DNA of 64,000 bases, from contig CAVPXI010000013.1 of the NCBI GenBank assembly GCA_963709585.1, forward strand, positions 32,001-96,000, in the 5' to 3' direction. Made by a program: the position numbers and the translations under genes. The notes under the pieces are model-generated. The model made no database searches, was not told the origin of the DNA, and saw only the letters and a program-made list of their open reading frames with translations. The DNA comes from Candidatus Dormiibacterota bacterium (GTDB taxonomy: Bacteria > Chloroflexota > Dormibacteria > Aeolococcales > Aeolococcaceae). How positions within the stretch are numbered: position 1 is the first letter of the stretch; each line of letters opens with the position of its first letter. Shown here one piece after another: positions 58,789 to 64,000 of the stretch.

Positions 58789-59553
58789 TCAGCCCGTCGA
58801 GAGCGAACCCTCGGCGGCGGTTGCTGCGGTGGGATCCTCTCCGCCGGGACCACGCAGGACAAGGGCTATGCCCACCGCCAGCACCGCTCCAGCAGTGGGG
58901 CCAATCAGGTATATCCAGAAGTTGGCGAAGTTGAGGCCGACAAGTTCTGGCCCGAAGGAACGGGCCGGGTTCATCGAGGCGCCGCTGATGGGGCTGGCCC
59001 AGAGCCCGGCAAGGACGATGTAAGCGCCCACCGCGAGCGCTGAGAGCGGCCCCACATTCTGGGCAGCCGACGCCGTTCCCAAAATCGTGCTCACCAGGCC
59101 AAGGGTCAGGAGCACCTCGATCAGGAGCGCCTGCCATCCGTGTATCCCCTGGCCGGGCTGGGTGGCGCCAAGACCCCCAGCGTTGCCGAGGGCCGCCAGG
59201 AGAAACAGGCAGGCTAGCGTCGCACCCACGAGTTGGGTCACCACGTAGGCAGGGACGCGACGCCATGGGAAATCCCGACGCATTGCGAAAGCCAGAGTGA
59301 CCACCGGGTTGAGGTGCGCTCCCGAGATCTTGCCCATGAAGAGGATGACCGCCATCACGGTCAGGCCCGGGGCGGCAACCTCCGCCGATCTGCTGACCGC
59401 GCCGTGGCTGAGCGCGGCGACCACCCCTCCTCCCGCCGCCGCGACCACCAGGAGAAACGTGCCAAACAGTTCGGCGAAGAGCCGGCGCCACTCCTGCCTC
59501 GAGTTGCGGAACGCGGCAACCGGATGAGCCGTCTCCCCTTCCACGGGCCTCAC
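58789..59553 (-). CDS. MIP/aquaporin family channel
   Basis: AELFGTF, SGAHLNPVVT, GASMNPARSFGP. Confidence 0.93.
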   Translation of the reverse strand: MRPVEGETAHPVAAFRNSRQEWRRLFAELFGTFLLVVAAAGGGVVAALSHGAVSRSAEVAAPGLTVMAVILFMGKISGAHLNPVVTLAFAMRRDFPWRRVPAYVVTQLVGATLACLFLLAALGNAGGLGATQPGQGIHGWQALLIEVLLTLGLVSTILGTASAAQNVGPLSALAVGAYIVLAGLWASPISGASMNPARSFGPELVGLNFANFWIYLIGPTAGAVLAVGIALVLRGPGGEDPTAATAAEGSLSTG

Positions 59554-59591
59554 GGGGTCGTCTTAAACCTGGTCGAAGTGGGCAACACCGT

Positions 59592-61013
59592 CTATGACCC
59601 TGTGCTGGCGGCGACGGTCCCGCGGGGTTTGTGCCACCTTTCACCGGGGCCGAGAAGCGCATCAGCTTGTTTGGGTCCCCATCCCCCTGGCTTGTACGCA
59701 ACTGCACGACGATGCCGCCTGAGAATGGGATCAACCACCGTCCACGCCGCCTCGACAGCGGCCTCGCTGGTGAAGAGGGTGCCGTCGCCTGCCATTGCGT
59801 CCCCGAGGAGGCGATCGTAGGGCGATTCGGCCCTACGCTCCTCCTCCATGAGTGAAAATTCCCGCTGGACGCCCGAGAACTCGTCACCTGCACGCTTCAA
59901 GCGAGCTGCAATCGCGATAGCGGGTCCGGGCTGGAGACGAAATCGCAGGTAATTGGCGCCACTGACCTGGCCGGGTGAGTTGGCGAAGAGGCGTTGCGGG
60001 GGCGGTTTGAGCTCGACGACTACTTCGGTCGCGGTCGCTGCCAGACACTTGCCCGCCCGGATGTACCAGGGCACGCCACCCCAGCGCCATGAATCGATGT
60101 GTACTCGTGCTGCACAGTACGTCTCGACGTCGGATCCTTGCGCCACGCCACCCTCGGTTCGGTATCCGATGTATTGACCGCGGACAATGTCGTCTCGCGT
60201 CAAGGGGCGCATCGAGCGAAAGACCTTGACCTTCTCATTGCGCTGGTCGTCGGCTGCGATGCTCGCTGGGGAGTCCATCGCCAGCAGCGCAACTACCTGG
60301 AAGAGATGGTTCTCCACCACATCGCGCAGGCAGCCGGTTGCATCGTAGAAGGCGCCTCGCCCCCGGACGCCGAATCGCTCCGCCATCGTGATCTGCACGC
60401 TCGCCACGTGGTCTCGGTTCCAGATTGGCTCAAGAAAGGAGTTGGCGAAACGGAAGTAGAGGAGGCTCTCGACAGACTCCTTGCCGAGGAAGTGGTCGAT
60501 CCGGTAGATCGAGTCCTCAGAAAAGACCGAATGGGCAACGCGGTTCAGCCGTCGAGCTGACGCGAGGTCGTGTCCGAATGGCTTCTCAACGACGACCCGC
60601 GCACCGTTGGCCAAACCTGCCGCTCCAAGCTGTTGGATGACATCGGCGAAAAGGCCGGGCGGAATCGCTAGATAGTGCGCGGGATGGAGGACCTTTTCAA
60701 GGGCAACCTTTAGCCTCACAAAGGTGTCGGCGTCCTTGTAGTCACCGTCAACGTACTGCAGCCTGGACAAGAGCTGGTTGAAAGCACGCCGGTCGTCGAT
60801 ACCCCCTGCAGAGTGCTCGATGCTATCGCGGGCCCGATTGCGCAGCTGCGCCAAGTCCCAATCTGACTGGGCGACCCCGACAATCGGAACGTTGAGCACG
60901 TTCCGCTTGGTCATGGCGTAAAGAGCCGGAAAGATCTGTTTGTGTGCCAGATCCCCGCTGGCGCCGAAAAAGACGAGCGCATCCGATGCGACGCCGGTGA
61001 TCGTCGTGGACAT
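59592..61013 (-). CDS. zwf: glucose-6-phosphate dehydrogenase
   Basis: [34 protein letters not shown]. Confidence 0.95.
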   Translation of the reverse strand: MSTTITGVASDALVFFGASGDLAHKQIFPALYAMTKRNVLNVPIVGVAQSDWDLAQLRNRARDSIEHSAGGIDDRRAFNQLLSRLQYVDGDYKDADTFVRLKVALEKVLHPAHYLAIPPGLFADVIQQLGAAGLANGARVVVEKPFGHDLASARRLNRVAHSVFSEDSIYRIDHFLGKESVESLLYFRFANSFLEPIWNRDHVASVQITMAERFGVRGRGAFYDATGCLRDVVENHLFQVVALLAMDSPASIAADDQRNEKVKVFRSMRPLTRDDIVRGQYIGYRTEGGVAQGSDVETYCAARVHIDSWRWGGVPWYIRAGKCLAATATEVVVELKPPPQRLFANSPGQVSGANYLRFRLQPGPAIAIAARLKRAGDEFSGVQREFSLMEEERRAESPYDRLLGDAMAGDGTLFTSEAAVEAAWTVVDPILRRHRRAVAYKPGGWGPKQADALLGPGERWHKPRGTVAASTGS

Positions 61014-61017
61014 CGGG

Positions 61018-62031
61018 TCAGGTGGCTTTCTCGTTGTGACCACCGAACTGCTTACGCATGGCGCTCAGGAGGCGGTCAGCGTAGTCCGCGTCGCCCCGGG
61101 ATTCGAAGCGAGCAAACAACGCGGCGCTGATCACGGGAGCCGGGACACCCTCATCGACCGCCGCGAGTGCTGTCCACCGACCCTCACCTGAGTTGGACAC
61201 GTGCCCGCTGAAGTCGGCGAGCTCCGAATCACTGACCAGTGCGGCCGCCGTGAGGTCGAGCAGCCACGACGCGATCACACTCCCGCGACGCCATACCTCC
61301 GCGACCTCACCAATGTTCAGCAGGTACTTGTACGCGTCTGGATCTCGCAGCGGGGTTGTCTCCGCGTCTTCTTCTTGCTGACGCAGTCCGACGTCGGCGT
61401 TCTTGAGGATGTTCAACCCCTCAGCGTAGGCAGCCATCAGGCCGTATTCAATGCCGTTGTGCACCATCTCGACGAAGTGGCCCGCGCCGTTGGGGCCGCA
61501 GTGCAGGTACCCGTTCTCGGCGTGGCTCGGGGGTCCTTTCCGACCCGGAGTGCGTAGGGCAGACCCAACGCCTGGCGCAATGCTCCGAAAGATGGGATCC
61601 AGGTGGTGGACTACAGCGTCCTCGCCACCGATCATCAGGCAGAAGCCACGTTCGAGGCCGATCACACCGCCACTGGTGCCGCAGTCAACGTAGTGGACGC
61701 CGCGGTTACTCAGCTCCGCGGCACGCTCGATGTCGTCGCGGTAGTAGCTGTTACCGCCGTCGATGATCATGTCCCCGGGCTCGAGGTGCGTCGCGAGTTC
61801 GTGCACGGTGGCGCCAGTGACTGCAGCCGGCACCATCACCCATACGGCCCGCGGCTTCTCGAGCTTGGCGGCAAACTCGGCGATCGAAGTCGACGCCTGA
61901 GCGTGCTTGCCTGCAACCTTTGCGACGGCAGCGGGATTCACGTCGAAGACGACGCATTCATGGCCGTCTCTGGTGAGACGCTCGACCAGGTTGGCTCCCA
62001 TCCTCCCGAGTTCGATCATACCGAGTTGCAT
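61018..62031 (-). CDS. gnd: decarboxylating 6-phosphogluconate dehydrogenase (short form)
   Basis: [39 protein letters not shown]. Confidence 0.93.
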   Translation of the reverse strand: MQLGMIELGRMGANLVERLTRDGHECVVFDVNPAAVAKVAGKHAQASTSIAEFAAKLEKPRAVWVMVPAAVTGATVHELATHLEPGDMIIDGGNSYYRDDIERAAELSNRGVHYVDCGTSGGVIGLERGFCLMIGGEDAVVHHLDPIFRSIAPGVGSALRTPGRKGPPSHAENGYLHCGPNGAGHFVEMVHNGIEYGLMAAYAEGLNILKNADVGLRQQEEDAETTPLRDPDAYKYLLNIGEVAEVWRRGSVIASWLLDLTAAALVSDSELADFSGHVSNSGEGRWTALAAVDEGVPAPVISAALFARFESRGDADYADRLLSAMRKQFGGHNEKAT

Positions 62032-62086
62032 TCAGGTCCTCCTGTCAGCGCTCGCAGCGGGACTGTCGTTGCCACGCACCACCGCG

Positions 62087-62834
62087 TTAGTCATTGGCGC
62101 CGTCCCAGAGCTTGATGCCGCCGAGGATGCCGGCCACATTACCGACGATGTGTACCGACGGGTCCACGTGACCTTTGAGGGCTTGAGCGTTGCCGCCACT
62201 GACGTACAGCCGATCGTAGTTGATAAGAACGTGAAAGTTGCGAATGGTCTCTCGCACGCGTTTCCGCCACTTCTTCGGTCCGATCTTCTCGAACGCGGCG
62301 TTGCCGAGTTGCTCGTCGTACGTCTCGCCATGTCGAAACGGATGATGCGCAAGCTCGAGATGCGACGAGAGTTTGCCATCGACAAGCAGCGCCGTGCCGA
62401 CGCCCGTACCCAGCGTGACGACGAATTCAACTCCAGCGCCACTCACGACCTCGAGACCCTGTATGTCAGCATCGTTGGCAACTCGCACCGGGTGACCGAG
62501 CCGATTTGCCATCGCACCGGCAAGATCGAACCCTGTCCATGCGACGAGGAGCTTCTTCGCGACCGGCGATCCAGGACCCGACCGCGTGACGAAATCCGGT
62601 GCTGTCAAGAGGATCCCGTTCCTCACGACGCCAGGAAAGCCGATCGACGCCCGGTCAGCACCCGGAAGCGGCGCGACCAGGGTCGCAAGCATGTCGACGA
62701 GTTGCTCGGGCGGGCACGGATAGGTGGTCGGGACTTGGCACGCGGTGGGCCATGAGCCTGCCACCTGCGTCCAGTACGGATGCTCTAAGACCGGTGCCAC
62801 CGACATCGATCGCCAGTGTTGCCGGTCGCACCAT
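62087..62834 (-). CDS. ppgK: ROK-family (polyphosphate) glucokinase (frameshift near 62745)
   Basis: LAIDVGGTGLRA in one frame; GFPGVV, VANDAD, TLGTGVG, LELAH, SGGN in the next. Confidence 0.8.
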
Positions 62835-62943
62835 CTTCCTCGTAGCCACTGAGACCAAGCATAGACCGATGGTCACGGTGCCGAGACACTGTCCGATCGG
62901 ATGCGGATGCTGACCCTCGCAGCCTTCCGCTGTGGTCGGGCTG

Positions 62944-63141
62944 CTATCGCTTCGCGGTAGTGGGCCTCGGCGCAGGTGCAGGGAAATGGCGTCGTCCGCA
63001 GGTGACGCACTTGGCGGTGGGCCGGGCTCGTACATCGACCTCCTTTGCCCTCTGGAGGCTCGGGTAGGTCAGCGGTATGAACCGGTCCGCACCACAACCT
63101 TCGCAGCGCAGACTCGGAATTTCCGGTAATCGCCTGGGCAT
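62944..63141 (-). CDS. small zinc-ribbon-like protein (65 aa)
   Basis: CEGC-x28-CVTC; GGGGAG RBS-like sequence upstream of ATG 63141. Confidence 0.6.
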   Translation of the reverse strand: MPRRLPEIPSLRCEGCGADRFIPLTYPSLQRAKEVDVRARPTAKCVTCGRRHFPAPAPRPTTAKR

Positions 63142-63423
63142 CTTCGCACTCTCCCCCAGTGCGGAATCCGCCACCAAATTTTTAGAACCAGCAATCACTC
63201 TACTAGAGACTCGTCAGCTCTTTTGAAGCCCGTCCCCGAGACATCCTGAGGATGGCCGAGTGTCGAAACGGTGCATGGCGACGCCGCGTTTCGTCAACGC
63301 TTGCCCACCTCACGTCACGCATGGCATCGATCAACTGGTCAGGTCACCGTGCGGGTTAGATGCTCGGGGGAGCGGGTGACGCAGTGTCACCCGCTCAAGG
63401 GAGGGAGGACAGTTCGCCCAATA

Positions 63424-63458
63424 AAAACCAACGCGTCGGTTTTACTGGATGGTAGCAT
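63424..63458 (+). promoter_or_regulatory. TetR operator palindrome and extended -10 of a probable leaderless promoter
   Basis: AAAACC-A-ACGCGT-C-GGTTTT palindrome; TGG-TAGCAT ends 6 nt before ATG 63465. Confidence 0.55.
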
Positions 63459-63464
63459 ATCCTG

Positions 63465-64000
63465 ATGCCGCGCATCTCGACCGCCGCGCGTTCGGAGCGC
63501 CGGCAGCAGCTCATCGAGGCGGCGTGGCGTTGCGCTGGCCGGATGGGGTACAGCGAGCTCACCGTCGACGACATTTGCGCCGAGGCTGAAGTGAGCAAGG
63601 GTGCTTTCTACGGATACTTTTCGTCGAAGCAGGACATGCTCATCGCGCTCCTCGAAGCGGATGCCGCCGAACTCGACGGACGGCTCGAGAGCCTCGCTCA
63701 GCGCAACATCTCCAATGTCGAGCGACTTCGCAGCTTTGCTCGCGAGATGTGCGAGCGTGGCACCGACCAAGCAAGGGTCCAGGTTCGGTCGGACCTGTGG
63801 GCTGCCATCCTCACCGAGCCTGCCATCCGTGAGCGGATGGTGTCGGCCGTCGGACGGCGCAGAGCGATGTTGCGAGGCTGGATCGAGGTTGCCGTTGCCG
63901 ACGGCGAGATCACCGACATTCCGGCCAACGCATTCGCCTCGGTCCTGCTCGCACTCGGCGACGGCCTCACGCTGCACGGTTCTCTCGATCCCTCCGGGTT
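63465..64000 (+). CDS. TetR-family regulator (3' end outside window; not in the ORF track)
   Basis: Hand-translated MPRISTAARSERRQQLIEAAW..LTVDDICAEAEVSKGAFYGYFSSKQD. Confidence 0.9.
   Translation, partial: MPRISTAARSERRQQLIEAAWRCAGRMGYSELTVDDICAEAEVSKGAFYGYFSSKQDMLIALLEADAAELDGRLESLAQRNISNVERLRSFAREMCERGTDQARVQVRSDLWAAILTEPAIRERMVSAVGRRRAMLRGWIEVAVADGEITDIPANAFASVLLALGDGLTLHGSLDPSG

Overview
A GC-rich bacterial window with actinobacteria-like gene content; the taxon cannot be fixed from sequence alone. It is dominated by a hypoxia/redox-stress region: the 3' end of a group 3b [NiFe]-hydrogenase operon, malic enzyme, several universal stress proteins, a DevR/DevS(DosRS)-like two-component pair, a Pat-type GNAT-acyl-CoA-synthetase, an orphan cytochrome b6-like module, an SQR-TusE-DsrE-OsmC sulfur operon, a P1B-5-hemerythrin ATPase, an ApbE/ferric-reductase/NuoF-like/ferredoxin module, and ppgK-gnd-zwf-MIP. 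At least 10 copies of a DosR-like box (RTGACCnnnGRCCCT) lie in front of many of these operons. Three structural observations stand out. (i) Four co-oriented 119-bp repeats (24402, 27403, 34127, 58529) each consist of the 3' half of a tRNA-Pro(GGG) plus a conserved non-tRNA segment, followed by 10-bp-phased arm-like repeats. They look like attP-type sites separating cargo modules, yet the window has no intact tRNA and no integrase. (ii) C-terminal remnants of a DUF222/HNH-type gene sit next to at least two of these repeats. (iii) A CBS-domain gene is split in frame by a 16,560-bp segment bounded by a perfect 19-bp direct repeat. About a dozen otherwise intact genes carry single small frameshifts, probably long-read consensus errors.
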